Below, in pieces: positions 9,821 to 23,454 of a DNA stretch of 64,000 nucleotides. The notes beneath the pieces are model-generated. The model searched no databases and had not been told where the DNA came from. It saw only the letters and a list, made by a program, of their open reading frames with translations. The stretch is from Octopus sinensis. Its lineage: Eukaryota. The stretch spans positions 104,222,001 to 104,286,000 of the forward strand of contig NC_043002.1 in assembly GCF_006345805.1 (NCBI RefSeq), in the 5' to 3' direction. The translations under genes were made by a program, and so were the position numbers. Within the stretch, counting starts at the first letter, position 1, and each line of letters begins with the position of its first letter.

Positions 9821-11775
9821 CTAAATATAAATATATACACTTATAGATACATATGAATAGATAAATATTTATGTCCGCGAGAAGGTGAAGATATAGACAG
9901 ACAAGATACGAATCATCGCTCCTTTCCCAATGTGTGGTGTTGACATTCAATTTGATTCAGCTTTGAAATATCTTCCATGTTCATTCGCATACAAATTTGA
10001 TTAGATCATCGTAAACAATGTTAGTACATTGAGCAGTGTATAATGATATTATACTTCCTAAAACCTATACATGAAACGTTTAAGGGCTGGCTAAGCATAC
10101 ATGATGTATATACGTGCATATCAGCGTTCGTTCCTTCTTTTTTTAATTTGAAAATTGGTTAAATATTGCGTAAATCATTGTTTCAGCTATTTGATAAAAA
10201 TAAACGTAGAAACTTCAAGCTTTTACACCAAAATATTGCGATATCTATTCCAGTAAAGATTACTACGCTGTACTTATGTAACATTTCCTGAATTTTATCG
10301 AATATTTTCTTTACTTATTTAAAATATAGTGACCTGGTATTATTACTACGAACAGGCAACTGTTGCAGTATCAAAAATAACACTGCATGATGGTTATTTA
10401 AAGTAAAAAGCACAGACGTGGTTAAACAATGTATAATATAATCAAAAATAGATTTTTCAGCCGGATTCCTGGTGATTGCTACAATCAAATTTACACGAAA
10501 ACTTTGGTTCTGTCTTCCAAAAATATAAGTGTTAGTAGTATTTTTGTTAAAACACTTTACAAAATATTTAAACTTTTGTCTGAGAAAAAAGAAAATTTGA
10601 AGGGCCTACTTTGATACGATCTAATATATGCAAATATCCACGATATTCTGAAAGGATATATAATACAACGACATTTCTCTGCATCAGTAATGGTTTTTTA
10701 AGTTAGTATTTCCATATTTAATGGAGAAATTATTAAAAGGCTAACTAGAAATAATTTTGTGCTATGGAAAAATCAATAATTGTTGTGAAAGACTAATATT
10801 ACTTCAGCTATTGTGTGCAAAAATTCGAGATGGGTGGTGAATTCCGGATATATTTCAGTCTAATCATCCACATAGCTTAGACATTACTTGCTAACGTTGA
10901 GATGGGAGAATGACAGAATAAATATACCGGCCTTTACGCTGTTTGGTGTACAATTGTTTAGAAAATAAATTGGGTAACATCGGAACATTTAACAGGTATC
11001 TCGACATTCAATCAATTCAACAAAGATGCAAAATCCATGTAAGCGAGGGAATCGTACACAGTTATCACAAGCAGCAAAATAAAATCTAATTTAGGCAAAC
11101 ACTAAATGTTTATTATGTTAGAAAGACCAAAGAGACTGCTTCACTCCACCTTTATCAATTATATTACATTGCTTAAACAGTTTCATTTAACGTTGAAACG
11201 AAATTAAATTGCCATCAAGATGCACATAACGTAGTGAGTAATCCAGTGTTCATACAGTCATACTTGTTCCTATACGTTCGTTGTTTGTTGCCGTTGCGGA
11301 TTGTGAATTTAGGCCAATGATTTTCTGTAGAGGTTCATATCAGCCATCGTTTGCGTTTATCACCAATTAGAGCTGTTCAAAGAGAGATGCTGTTGAATGC
11401 GCTCCTATCCATCCACGTCACGTGACTACGCGAGAAACATAATCATCGTTTTATCCCTCTCTTCTTCCCTCACGTTCCCCCTCTTCTATATATGTGTGGG
11501 TGTGGGTGCGTATGTGTGTGATCGGGTGAGTGGTTGTATATGCGTGAGAAAATTCGCGTGTGTGCATTTATATACACACATATATGCATATTTATACTTC
11601 CTACACATGTGTGGATATATATATATACATATGTATATATATATATATACGTATATATATATATGTATATATAAATAATTATATATATATATATATGTGT
11701 ATATATATATATGCATATAACATGTATATAGACATAAAATATAAATGTGTGTATATGTATATATACGTTTATATG

Positions 11776-11806
<31 letters not shown>

Positions 11807-13019
11807 GCATACATATATATATATATATATATATACATATGTGTGTGGGTGTATGCTTATACTTACAAACATACACGTACATAAATAAATGTGTGCATGT
11901 ATATATGTATATGTACAAGCATATCTATGCCTGTGTGTATATATATGCGTTTATATGTATACACACATATAGCCTTATTCACAGGTTTCTATGTCAGTAT
12001 GCGCCGGTGCGCCGGTGTGGGTGTTTTACACTTGCCCCCAATCATGCGATTGTAAATATTGTAAAGCTGATTGTAGACAGGTTTGCCCCTGTGTATATCA
12101 TTATTTAGCTACGACACTTGCTTTTCTTATATTTCCTTCACTGCGAGTGTGTACGTATGCGTGTGTGTGCACACACACGTACACACACACACACACATAC
12201 GCACACTTATATAATTCCCCCCTGTCACTTCAAACAGAGATGTTCTGAGATGCTTAATACTACACTAGAACCGTTAATTTTTACACGAATTCAGATTTTA
12301 AAATACGGATATTTTTACATTTATTCCTATTTAGTACGTGTCTCTTAATCATGCAAACCCCAAATAAATATCATTTTAATCATGATCAAACCAATTTCGC
12401 GCAGATTTTGAATCTCTAATTCACTCTATCAATGCTTAGGTTGGTAAAATTTGATTTGATTCTTATTTATCTCTCTGGTACAGGTTTACAATTCCTACGC
12501 GTTCTTCCCTCTGTAAAATCATTTAATCATATACGCTCACGTGATAGTTGCTTCGTAGTTACATCAAAAACACTTACATACATAAGTTCACGAAACCAAG
12601 AGATTCTTCACAAAATTGCATAGCTTAATATGCATTAAAGCTTATTTTGCCATGCAGCATAATTTTTCGTAGTAAAACCAAAGTATTAAACCATTTTTAA
12701 TCACAAATCTAGGAAATTACACATTCCCACAGAATATACAAATAAAAACTTACCTGCACACTAGCAACATATACATTTTTATATATAAAATGTTTACGCT
12801 AAACTGAGAAACATCAATTTCCGTGCCTAGAAAGAATTTTACCAGGTTAAGTTTGTTTTCGTATTTTCACTGACGATTTGTTGGAGAGGTGGGTAACCTG
12901 TATCTCCATGTTATATCATTAATTTAACACATGTCCACCCAGTGTTCAATGTGTTGTTCCTTATTTTCATATATAGTACATAATCTTTAATTGTTTTATC
13001 CTTTAATTTACTGATTTGA

Positions 13020-13990
13020 TAATGGGTAGTGGAAATATTGGAATTAGAATGATTTGACACTACTTGTGAAAAGTAAAGCACTGAGCGCAATAGCATCAGC
13101 CAAAGAAAGTAATGAAGTGGAGGGCCTAGGAACTGTGAAGAAAATTCTGCCAGAAAACTAGTACAGACGTTTAAATGATAGTAGCACCAGCCTCGGAAAC
13201 AACCTAGACCTTGGTTGTGGAAGACGTGGCTTTCGTTGAAATGCTTAAACAACAGTCAAGCACACGCACTCGTATATTGTCCTTGGTCCTTCACAAATCA
13301 TCATCAATCGACACCTTCATGAGCTCGACATTGGGAACAGACGCTGTCATGAACTGACCGATGTCCAAGTTTAACGAAGTGTGAATATTGACAAACAACT
13401 GCTGGTGAATCGTCAAAATTCCCGTTTTGTTGTTGAATTGTAATTCGGAATGAAAACTGGATATATTTTCGCATTCCCGATGAGGAAAGTCAGTGATTTT
13501 GTTCCGTCCAGGCTTCTTAACATGTTTTCAAAAAGTGATAATTTGAACAAATTGTCATGTGTGTTTAGTGGAATTTTTCGATGTGGCCTTTCACTTTGAG
13601 CTTGTTTCAGATGTTAATGCTGTAAACGCTAACCTTTCTACTCAAGAACTGCAGCGAGTATACGATGCTTTGAAAACAGGTTAACCGGGATTAGCCAGTC
13701 GAAGATGCGCACGCCTAAGGCATGACAATGCCCCAGCGCACATTACTAATGTGACCAAACGTAAATTTCAAGAACTTACCGGACTGGATGTACCACCCCT
13801 CCCCGCCTACATTCCAGACTATGTACCATCATTTTACCACATTGTACAAGACATGGTTCGTTGTCTATACGGATGGAGTTGCTTTATATTTTTTTCAATG
13901 AGGTAAAATTCCTCATTTAAAAATGCTAGAAATGGTTAAGTTTTGGCTTATATTTTTGAATGAAGAAGGCTTCCTTATTTAATCTAATTT
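13020..13990 (+). pseudogene. Fossil mariner (DD34D-type) transposase
   Basis: Decayed SAKESNEVEGLGTV..*YRRLNDSSTSL, CV*WNF..HFELV..AVNANL..QELQRVYDAL, LRHDNAPAH, PAYIPDYVPSFYH (cf. HDNA and YSPDLAPSDYH); many stops and frameshifts. Confidence 0.85.
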
Positions 13991-14050
13991 GTGTTGTTGT
14001 TCCAATGGCACATTGATTAAATGGAAAGAATACAAATTGTGGTAGCAATT

Positions 14051-14318
14051 GCCTTGCGCATTTCTCAATATGTTCACCTAAGGGTATTCTTCTGTATTCT
14101 GGGAATGCGATCTGCTGTCGGTGCAGAGTGCATCTGCGTCTGAACGATAATCCCGTGGACCCTATGTAGTTTTGGTGGCAGCCCGAGCATCAAATAACAT
14201 AAATTCGGTTTTCTGAAGCTCAAGTAAAGTCAGATTTGATTTTGAACTTTTGTCTCTCTTTGATAAAGAATTCTGAACCTTCTCGGAGTTTTGGGTATGT
14301 TGTGCAATTTGGTCGATC
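14051..14318 (-). pseudogene. Penelope-like element GIY-YIG endonuclease fragment
   Basis: Minus strand: RPNCTTYPKL..FKIKSDFT*ASENRIYVI*CSGCHQNYIGSTGLSFRRRCTLHRQQIAFPEYRRIPLGEHIEKCA (IY..CxxC..YIG.T..R..H..H). Confidence 0.85.
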
Positions 14319-14589
14319 ATAATTATGAATCTGTGTGTGTGTGATTCTGACCGTTTTGTCCTTGGGTATATGTGAATATATACAGTATGTGCATATGTTT
14401 ATGTGCACATAACAACGTATTTCCTTTATGTTTGGTTAGAGTGAAATATTTAACGTTCTTCCTTAATAGAAGCAAATGCCGATATTTCTTCAGCATTTTA
14501 ATTACCAGGAGCGTCCTCGTGCTGGGAACGCTGTAATTTCCGTTCCTCTCTCTTTTTCAGAATGCATACGCACATGTATGATAAAAGGT

Positions 14590-15015
14590 GTTTGCTTTCC
14601 AACCGCATGTTTCCCGAATCAATCCCACTGCGTACTGCCTTCGGCAAGTGTTTCCTACTATAGCCTTGGACCAAGCCAAGCACTGGGGATCGACTTAGTA
14701 GGCGGAAGCTGAAAGACGCTCGTCATGTGTGTGTGTATGTGTGTGTATGTTTGTGTGTGTGTGTGTGTGTGTGGTGTGTGTGTGTGTGTGTGTCTGTGTG
14801 TGTCTGTGTGTGTCTGTGTGTGTGTGCTTGTCTCCTACAATTGTTTCACAACTGGTATTTCTGTGTTTTTACAGGCGCGTGATATAGTTCGGCAAATGAG
14901 AGACCGATAGCATAAGTTCCAGGCTTAAAAACAAATTAGGTTCTGGGTTTGATTCGTTCAGCTACACTCTTTCATGGTGGTGCTCCAGCATGGCCGTCGT
15001 CTAATGACTGAAACT
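14590..15015 (+). mobile_element. SINE family S2 (tRNA-like head, internal microsatellite), degenerate
   Basis: ggcaagtgtttcctactatagccttggacc..ggaagctgaaaga..(TG)n..tgctccagcatggccg..aatgactgaaac; matches 57746-58080 and 21134-21495. Confidence 0.8.
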
Positions 15016-15089
15016 AGTGAAAGATAAACCAGAATATTCTGTAATTGTTGTCGAAAAAGGTGATACTAAAGACGCAGAATGATCCGCAT

Positions 15090-15700
15090 GTACAATGCAA
15101 TTTCACGTGTTTTATATAATAAATGGCCTCCGAAGTTGTCAAGAGTACATCTCTGTTTAAATAATACAAGCTCAGGTCAAAGTGCAATCTGCAGCCAAAA
15201 TTACAAATTGTATCAAGTTGTAAAAATTGGGCATTTAACTTTCGTCTTGGTATTGTATTGACTCCAATATGAAACACAAAGACCTGTTTTACCCTGCAAA
15301 TATCGAAGATGCCACATACCATCAGATTAAAAGAAGCAACAGAGAAGCTATTTAAGCTAACCGAAAAGATTAATAATAGCTGATAGATTGAAATTACTGG
15401 AAAGCAAGCAATGTGAGAACGAATCAATAAATTCATTTAGGAATACATTCACAAGCAGCGTTTTGCAAATTGAATTTATTGAAGGAAAACCCTGAGCCAG
15501 AGATAATTAAACTGATTTTCATATCAGCATTGCACACCGTGAACATAAAAATGAAGACGTTGGAATCCCTTTGCCATAATATCGATGAAGGATATGCTAA
15601 ATTAGCATCGTTAGCAAAAACAATACGCTCTTAAATATCATTTGATAAACTTAATGCAAACATCGATTAAGAAAACATCGTTGCGAATAATAATTATACA
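15090..15700 (+). pseudogene. Possible ancient hAT (Charlie/Buster-like) transposase relic
   Basis: Fragments CFI.., SAAKITNCIKL..YCIDSNMKHKDLF, WNPF, YAKLASLAKTI occur in the order expected for hAT C-terminal motifs; highly decayed. Confidence 0.4.
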
Positions 15701-16026
15701 AAACAATAAAAAGATGTTTTACTAAGGATTATCAATCACAGCAATAAATGCATCGACAATCTTTGTTTATCAACTGCCTTATTTTAATGAAACACACAAA
15801 ACAATTTCATTAACGAATATTAAACACTTATTCGGTGTTACTACAATTTATCATGTCCGAAAATATGTTGTACTAAAATATATTGCACTTCTAATAATAA
15901 CTTATTAAGAATATGTCCATGCATATAAGAAGATTTGCATGTACATAAGGAAACCCCTTCGGTTGTTGTGTTTCATTGCATCTTTGAATGTTTCTAGTCA
16001 ATATTTATTATTTTTATTGTTGTTGT

Positions 16027-16255
16027 GAAGGCGACGTTTTGCTAGAATCGCGAACAAGATGAAAAGGAGGCTTTGCGCGTTTTGTTTCTCCTTACAATTT
16101 CATTTCAAATTCCAGCGGAACCGATTTTGCATTTCATCGTTTTGGGATCCTAGGAATATGTACCCGTCGAGCACTGGACTGGTGTCAATGTAATCGATTC
16201 TCCTTGCTACCCCAAAATTACCGGCCTTATACTTATGGTAGAAAGAATAATTATT
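16027..16255 (+). mobile_element. SINE S1-related, degenerate
   Basis: aaggcgacg..tttcaaattcc..ttttgcatttcatc..gtgtcaatgtaatcga. Confidence 0.65.
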
Positions 16256-16269
16256 ATCATGATATTGAT

Positions 16270-17120
16270 TGAAGATATTGTGTCTACCAGGGGCTTGTAC
16301 TGTCTGTGAAGCCATGACAAAGACCTCAGACAGATTGTGCTTTACGCAATATGCATACAGTTCCAAGTAATACCAATTTTTGCAATACCTCTAGATCGTA
16401 GGGCATTTCTAAAGTTTCCAGATGTTTCTTCAGCTTGGGTTGTATTGAGCCCAATGCTACGATGTCAACAGGGACAACTTATACGTTTGACTCTCGTAGC
16501 CTCCACATCATGGCGATCGCAATTCTCAAGTTTCTTTTCACTTTTCTATGTTGATCTTCTGGCACTGCCACGTCGATTATTAGGCACTCTAAAGGTTGTT
16601 ATATCCGGCCTTCGTTGCTCTAAAACCTTGTATGTTTAGACGTTAAAGTCCTAGACGATGTTTACCTTCCTTTTTTCGTCCATTACCTTTTCCGGTGTAT
16701 CTTGTTACCAAGCATCCGCCACCGCGTATCCATACTTCCGGCATAGTAGCCAGCGAAGGTTTTGGGCTTCCTTGTCGTGTCTGCGCTTGTACCCTATCTC
16801 AGCAAGACTTTCACAAGCACTAACAATGTGAGTCACGCTTTCGACCCTCTTCCCACATATTCTGCTGCGTGTCATAGCTCTTATGTGGTATATATCCCTT
16901 TTCACTGAATTGGTATTCAATGCCTGATCCTGGGCAGCGATGATTAGGCATTCAATCTTTTTCTAGGACACCCCTGCTGAGCCACCTCCATCATCCTTCC
17001 TAGTCTTTTAAGTTGTTAGTTTCACGGTGGAAGTGACCATGTAATTCCATGCGGAGTAGAGTTTCTTTTCTGTCGTTGAGTATTCGTGCTCCGAGTTCAT
17101 TAGCCCTTACTGCATATCAA
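16270..17120 (-). mobile_element. R4/Dong-like fragment, family E (CCHC + RLE)
   Basis: IECLIIAAQDQALNTNSVK..RICGKRVESVTHIVSACESLAEIGYKRRHD..LRWLLCRKYG..PEKV..EQRRPDI. Confidence 0.88.
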
Positions 17121-17137
17121 TACTTCCGAGTTAGTAG

Positions 17138-17182
17138 CCATTATTATTGTTATTATTATTATCATTATTATTATTATTATTA

Positions 17183-17243
<61 letters not shown>

Positions 17244-17280
17244 GTTGTTGTTGTTGTTGTTGTTGTCGTTGTTGGTGTTG

Positions 17281-17329
<49 letters not shown>
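17138..17329. repeat. (ATT)n/(GTT)n microsatellite
   Basis: Direct reading. Confidence 0.97.
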
Positions 17330-17333
<4 letters not shown>

Positions 17334-19047
17334 CAGTTTTATTTTTATACCATCTTTTTTCTGATGTTATTCCATAATGTTGGCATAGCTTCCAGTATAT
17401 GTAGGTCCCAACTCTGTCGTGTCTGTGAATATATTCCTTCTTAGACAGGACAGGGCAGCCAGAGATAATATGATATATTGTTTCTTGTCCATCTCCACAT
17501 ATTCTGCAGTTACTTTTTATATTTCTTTTCATTACATGTTTTTGGTAATTTCTGGTGGGGAGGCTTTGGTCTTCTGCTGCAATTAAAAATCCCTCTGTCT
17601 CTGCTTGAGTCCTGAGCTTCTCAACCATTGCTGGGATTTTTCTTTGTCTATTTCTTTTGCGTTTAGTTTAGTCCAGTATTTACCATGAAGGGGCTTTTCT
17701 TGCTATCGTTTTATCATGGTTCGTTGCTGTTCTATTTTTAGTTTGGATTTCATTTGTTTTATAGCTTTTGTTGTCTCTTCATCTTCTTCTTCTTCTTCTT
17801 CTTCATGTTTATTAGGTGGTATGATTTCTTGTTTGTATTTGTCAGCTTCCTTAAATACTGAGAACAGTTTTTTGTTTTGCTCGTGTTTTGCCGCTATCTG
17901 GATCAGTTTTCATTCCTTCTGAAGTAGATATTTTTGCAGTCCTATGGTGGTTATTTTATAGTAGTTTTCCAGCTGCATAAGGCCTCTACCACCTTCTATA
18001 CGTTGTATACATAGTCTTTCTATGTCAGATTTTGGGTGATGCATCCTAGATCCTGTCATTATTTTTCTTGTTTTCCTATCTATTTTGGTCAGTTCATTTC
18101 GTGTCCAGTTAAGGATATTGTAGCTGTAACTTATAACTGGGACAGCTAAAGTGTTGATACCTATTATCTTGTTTTTAGCATTGAGCTCTGTTTTTAGTAT
18201 TGATCTAACTCGTCTATAATATTCTTTTTTATTTTCTGTTTCATTTGTGTGTGTTGTGTCTTATCTAGTTCATGGATTCCTAAGTATTTGTAAGTTTGGC
18301 TTTGGTCTAATTCTTTTATTTCATTGGTTTTATCTAGTGTGATGTTGTTACTCTTAACTAGTTTTCCTCTTTTCATGGTTACTTTGGCGCATTTTTCTAA
18401 TCCAAATTTCATATCTATTTCTTTGGTAAATCCATGAACTGTCTTTAATAGTGTTTCCAGCTGTTTGTCATTTGCAGCGTATAGTTTTAGGTCATCCATA
18501 TATAAAAGGTGGCTGATCGTTTTGCCGTAACATTTATATCCGCATCCAGTTCTATTTAGTATATCAGATAGAGGTGACAGTGCCAAGCAGAAAAGGAGTG
18601 GATAGAGCGTGTCTCCCTGGAATATTCCTCTTCTAATTGGGATGTCTTTGGTTTTCATGAGTCCCTCTTTTGTTTGGAGGTGTAGGACTCTTTGCCATTT
18701 ACTCATAGAGTGCTCTATGAATCTTATGATTGTTGGTGTTACTTTGTTAATGGCTAGTGTTTCGAGGATCCATGTGTGGGGGATGCTATCAAACGCCTTG
18801 TTGTAGTGAATCCAGGTCATACTGAGACCTTTCTTCTTTCTGTGGCTGTCTTCAGTTATGGTTTTATTAATCATTAGTTGATCTTTACAGCCATATGAGC
18901 CTTTGCGGCATCCTTTCTGCTCTTCTGGGAACAGTTTGTTTTCGTCCAGGTGCTTGTTCAGCCTTTGCGATATCACTGCAGTAAATGCCTTGAACATAGT
19001 AGGGAGGCAGGTTATTGGTCTGTAGTCTTCTGGTTTTTCTGTTTCAT
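17330..19047 (-). mobile_element. R4/Dong-like family B, 1.7-kb RT + CCHC fragment with internal deletion of RLE
   Basis: YRPITCL, EQKGCRKGSYGCKDQL, KAFDSIPH, RGIFQGD, HLLYMDDLKLY, FGLEKC, YKYLG, CRICGDGQETIYHIISGC, RHD; frameshifts; 3' part near-identical to 3349-3540. Confidence 0.95.
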
Positions 19048-19064
19048 TATTATTATTATTATCC

Positions 19065-19102
<38 letters not shown>

Positions 19103-19105
<3 letters not shown>

Positions 19106-19330
19106 TAGTTTTATTTTTATAGCGTGCTTTCACTTCACTACCGAGCGCAGCTCTGTGTGCCATGGGTATGTGCTGTGATGCTTTGATGGTTATTGTATGG
19201 AAAGTGTTCTGCGTAGGATGTGTGCAGTGCCTAGTAGTGCAATTTTCTGTATGTTATATGTGTTTGTAAGTCCTGGTGTTTTTGTTATGTATTTGTCTGA
19301 ATATTTTTTTATCATGCCTAATGCACCTAC

Positions 19331-19331
<1 letters not shown>
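19103..19331 (-). mobile_element. R4/Dong-like family B, short 3' end
   Basis: Reverse complement of ~3803-4040 (VGALGMIKKYSDK..GTAHILRRTLSIQ* + 3' UTR); (ATT)n on both sides. Confidence 0.93.
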
Positions 19332-19380
<49 letters not shown>

Positions 19381-19810
19381 GGCTATATTAGCACGGAGTC
19401 TCTTCGATGTTTGAGTGGCGAATCTCTAGAGTCTTTCTTAGGATTCTAAAAAAAAATAGTAACAAAGGATGGTATATTATTGCGGGTCGATTATGCGATT
19501 ACCAATTGCAGTATGCTTCAATCTCTTAGGTAACAAGTTGGACATTGTACCAAGTGCACCTATTACCTGAAGAAATATCTTCATCTCACCGACTAAATAC
19601 TGATGGTTTTTGCTTCCAATTTCTTTATTAGTTTCTTTTGTATCCAGGCAATTAACAGTTGGTATTGCAAAGTCAATGATGTCACGCAATATCGCATTGT
19701 GCTCTGTAATCATCCGTGGTCTCAATGCTTCATTATTATGCCAAGTCTCTATGGAGAAATCGCATAAAATCTTGTAATATTTACTCTCTCTCACAGCGTT
19801 TCGCCGTCTT
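19381..19810 (-). mobile_element. Old R4/Dong-like RLE fragment, family F
   Basis: KILCDFSIET..ALRP..IIDFAIP..VIGALGT..LPKRLK. Confidence 0.75.
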
Positions 19811-20326
19811 CATATCACTTTCTCTGAATACACAGCCTCGGTTAACATCACTCTGTACTTGTTTTACCTTCACGATTATGTCGGCGCTTGTACTCTTATT
19901 GTTCTCAATAGCTGCATTCTCTTAAAAGATGTTTTTATACTTTCTTTCTCCTCCGCATAGTTTTTGTATCTGCTCTTTGACGATGTTTTAACAATATCTG
20001 CTTTATCATTTTCCTCCTCACGGCTTAGCTTGATTGTCTGTATTTAGCAATTTGGTTTCTCCTTCCATGTTTCCATTCATCACTCACAACCACCGTTCTT
20101 TGCTTCTGGCATGGTCAGTTTCTTGCCTGGAATGACCGTGTAATTCATTCTTTTTCCGGCTAGCTGTCCTTCATTCTGATCTTAAATTCTCTTCTTATTC
20201 CAATATATTTTAGTGTTTGTGCGTGTGTGTCTGCATGTGTGCGTGCATGCGTATGTTATACTTTAGAACGAACAGTAAAAGGTTGTCGTTTAATGTACTC
20301 GGATTTTTGAATGACTTTTTTGCTAC

Positions 20327-20356
20327 ATTATATTATTATCATTATTATCCTTATTA

Positions 20357-20429
<73 letters not shown>

Positions 20430-20439
20430 CATTATTATT
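20327..20439. repeat. (ATT)n microsatellite without recognisable insertion
   Basis: Direct reading. Confidence 0.95.
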
Positions 20440-21133
20440 TCAAGACTTTAGAATGTAGCATTATTTTTGGGAGGGACCCTAGTAGTGTTCTTCGAGAGCA
20501 GGTTCACCATTTACGGCTACCATCCATTATCTGCGGTACTGCACTTTAGTTCCTAGAAGATGATCTACGCCAGGAATTCCTCGGTGTAGGCTCATTGCAT
20601 TTTAAATAATTGATAAAGATGATGACAGCGCGTAGTGTAAGCTCAATTTAGCACGACGATTGTTTTCGGATTACATCTACACTGCCCTCTGGTCGATGGG
20701 GAACGCTATAATGAAATTGAAAGCACCCCATAGTGCAGAAGAACGCTCAGCGGGTTGCATAATACGGTACAGTGTTACAACATGTAAATTTTGCTACTAT
20801 TGTGTGGCAGTATGGTGTTTGTAAGATGAGTGCGTTCACAAATCCATTAATGAGACAGGAAGGCTGGTATATATTGAGGAAATGGTAGGTAAATCAGGCA
20901 AAAGATCGAATACAAATGATAAATGGAAACGTCTGAGTAGCTTCTGAATGAAAACCGGTCAATGGTTTGTGAAGTTTTTGATGGTTGGTTCTGTGTATTA
21001 TTTGTGGCAACGTGGTCGAGAAGCTGGTGGAGATGTGGTTCACGTTTTTTGACTTGCTATACACACTCATACATATATATAAATATATATACATAAACAA
21101 ACATGTATGTATGTATGTATATATATATGTATT

Positions 21134-21495
21134 TTCTTACTTGTTTCAGTCATTTGACTGCGGCCATGCTGGAGCACCGCCTTTAGTCGAGCAAATCGAC
21201 CCCGGGACTTATCCTTTGTAAGCCCAGTACTTATTCTATCGGTCTCTTTTGCCGAACCGCTATGTGACGGGGACGTAAACACACCAGCATCGGTTGTCAA
21301 GCAATGCTAGGGGGACAAACACAGACACACAAACACAAACACACGCATATATATACATATATACGACGGGCTTCTTTCAGTTTCCGTCTACCAAATCCAC
21401 ACACAAGGCATTGGTCGGCCCGGGGCTATAGAAGAAGACACTTGCCCAAGATGCCACGCAGTGGTACTGAACCCGGAAACATGTGGTTGGTTAGC
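21134..21495 (-). mobile_element. SINE family S2
   Basis: Near-identical to 53925-54323 and the reverse complement of 57746-58080; B-box-like gggttcagtacc. Confidence 0.92.
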
Positions 21496-21644
21496 ATATA
21501 TGTATATATATATATATATATATATACACGCATATCGATTTATACATATAACAATTCTGACCATCCCATTTATTCTTTGCATTTGATTTTTACATTCTCT
21601 ATCAACTAATCCGTGAATATATTACCAGCCGTTCTTTTCTTTTT

Positions 21645-21850
21645 AATCTAGGCACAAGGTACGAAATTTTGAAGGGGGGACACAGTAGATTAGATAGACA
21701 CCACTACGCAACTGGAGTTTGATTTATCGACCCCGGAAGGATGAAAGCAAACTTGACCTCGGTGGAAATCGAACTCAGAACGCAGAGAACGACGAAAAAG
21801 TGCAAAGTATTTCACCTCGCAGCTTTATTTACCAACCATTCTGCTTCATT
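21645..21850 (-). mobile_element. SINE S1-related
   Basis: ctaggcacaagg..tttatcgaccccggaaggatgaaag..gacctcggtggaaatcgaactcagaacg. Confidence 0.85.
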
Positions 21851-22094
21851 AATGGCTTCTTGAATTCTATAAACGCACTTGTCACACCAACGCCATCCTG
21901 CCACACACACTAGCGAAATATGTATTTTAAAACGCTGTAACATATTATGTAACCTGACGAGTGTTCTTCTGCATTGTGAGGTGCACTCGATTTCCTTATA
22001 TCGTCCACACCCAGATTTGAGCAGTGCCGAAACGATCGTCGTGCTGAATAAATTTGTAGTACACTCTGTCTTCCCTATCATTATTAATACGTAC

Positions 22095-22164
<70 letters not shown>

Positions 22165-22170
22165 CGAGAG

Positions 22171-22213
<43 letters not shown>

Positions 22214-22320
22214 GAGATAGATAATGGATATTAAAACGAATGGTTTACACCTGATACATAGATAGGTACCATTTTATATGTATCTATATATATATATATA
22301 TATATATATGCGTGTATGTG

Positions 22321-22355
<35 letters not shown>

Positions 22356-23186
22356 CTGTGTGTATGTAGATGTATATGTAGATAGATAGATACAAATGTA
22401 TATTCATATATATATAATATTTATGCAATATATATATATATATATATATTTACTTATATACATGCATACTTTCATATATATATGTATACATGTACGTGTA
22501 TATATATATATATTATCATTGTGTGTGTGTATATAAATTTTAAGCAAATGGGGTATCAGAGTACATATAGAAGTACTTGTAGGAACCAATGAGCTTAAAC
22601 TGATTGCGATGTTTACATCTATAAAATATATAAGAATATATCCACGAAGAGAAAAAGGAAAAATACATCAACAGTATTGTATAAACAAAATACTCACGTC
22701 TTAGATATCAGTAAATCAGCCGTAAACGATTCCATGTAATAAAATAACGGAAAAAAACATGCAGAAACGTAGGAGCTGTATCTGATCTCTTTTCGATATG
22801 AATGATAAGGTTTAGCTGGGCTTTTTGAAATGTTTCTATATCAGATGTCCAATTAATGTTATAGATGTATGCACGTGATTGCAAGAGAGCGTACGTCGAT
22901 GCTCTGCTGTACTGATTCACTGCAGGTTTTCTATATTGATATCGAAGCAGGAGATGAGCTGATCTGTGCGTAACTGTGTTTATTCATATCTGTGTCTTTT
23001 CAAATATAGTTATGCCTGGTTATGTATACATTTATGTCTTTACACGTACGTGTGCATATACATGTGTATAAATTGGCAAATAAATGTATTTTTGAGCAGT
23101 GTATGTATATTTCCTCATGCAGAAGTGTCTATCAAATAAATTCGTAGGAAAAAGAAATATTTCAATGCCGTACATACATTCATGCA

Positions 23187-23206
23187 TATAATAATAAATA
23201 TATATA

Positions 23207-23262
<56 letters not shown>

Positions 23263-23353
23263 ATCATATAATATACATATTATATTATATATATATATAC
23301 ATACATATATATATATATATGTGTGTGTGTGTATGCATATATATACCTATATA

Positions 23354-23447
<94 letters not shown>

Positions 23448-23450
23448 ATA
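23187..23450. repeat. (TA)n-dominated compound microsatellite
   Basis: Direct reading; representative of dozens of similar tracts (e.g. 11610-11960, 32620-32910, 46380-46710, 55396-56120). Confidence 0.97.
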
Positions 23451-23454
23451 TTTT

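Noticed and set aside
10580-11200. Possible hAT transposase relic (ILKGYIIQRHFS)
   Set aside because: One weak motif; no further support found by eye.
18194-18997. 267-aa reverse transcriptase ORF as a functional gene
   Set aside because: Part of a 5'-truncated, frameshifted LINE copy lacking its endonuclease.
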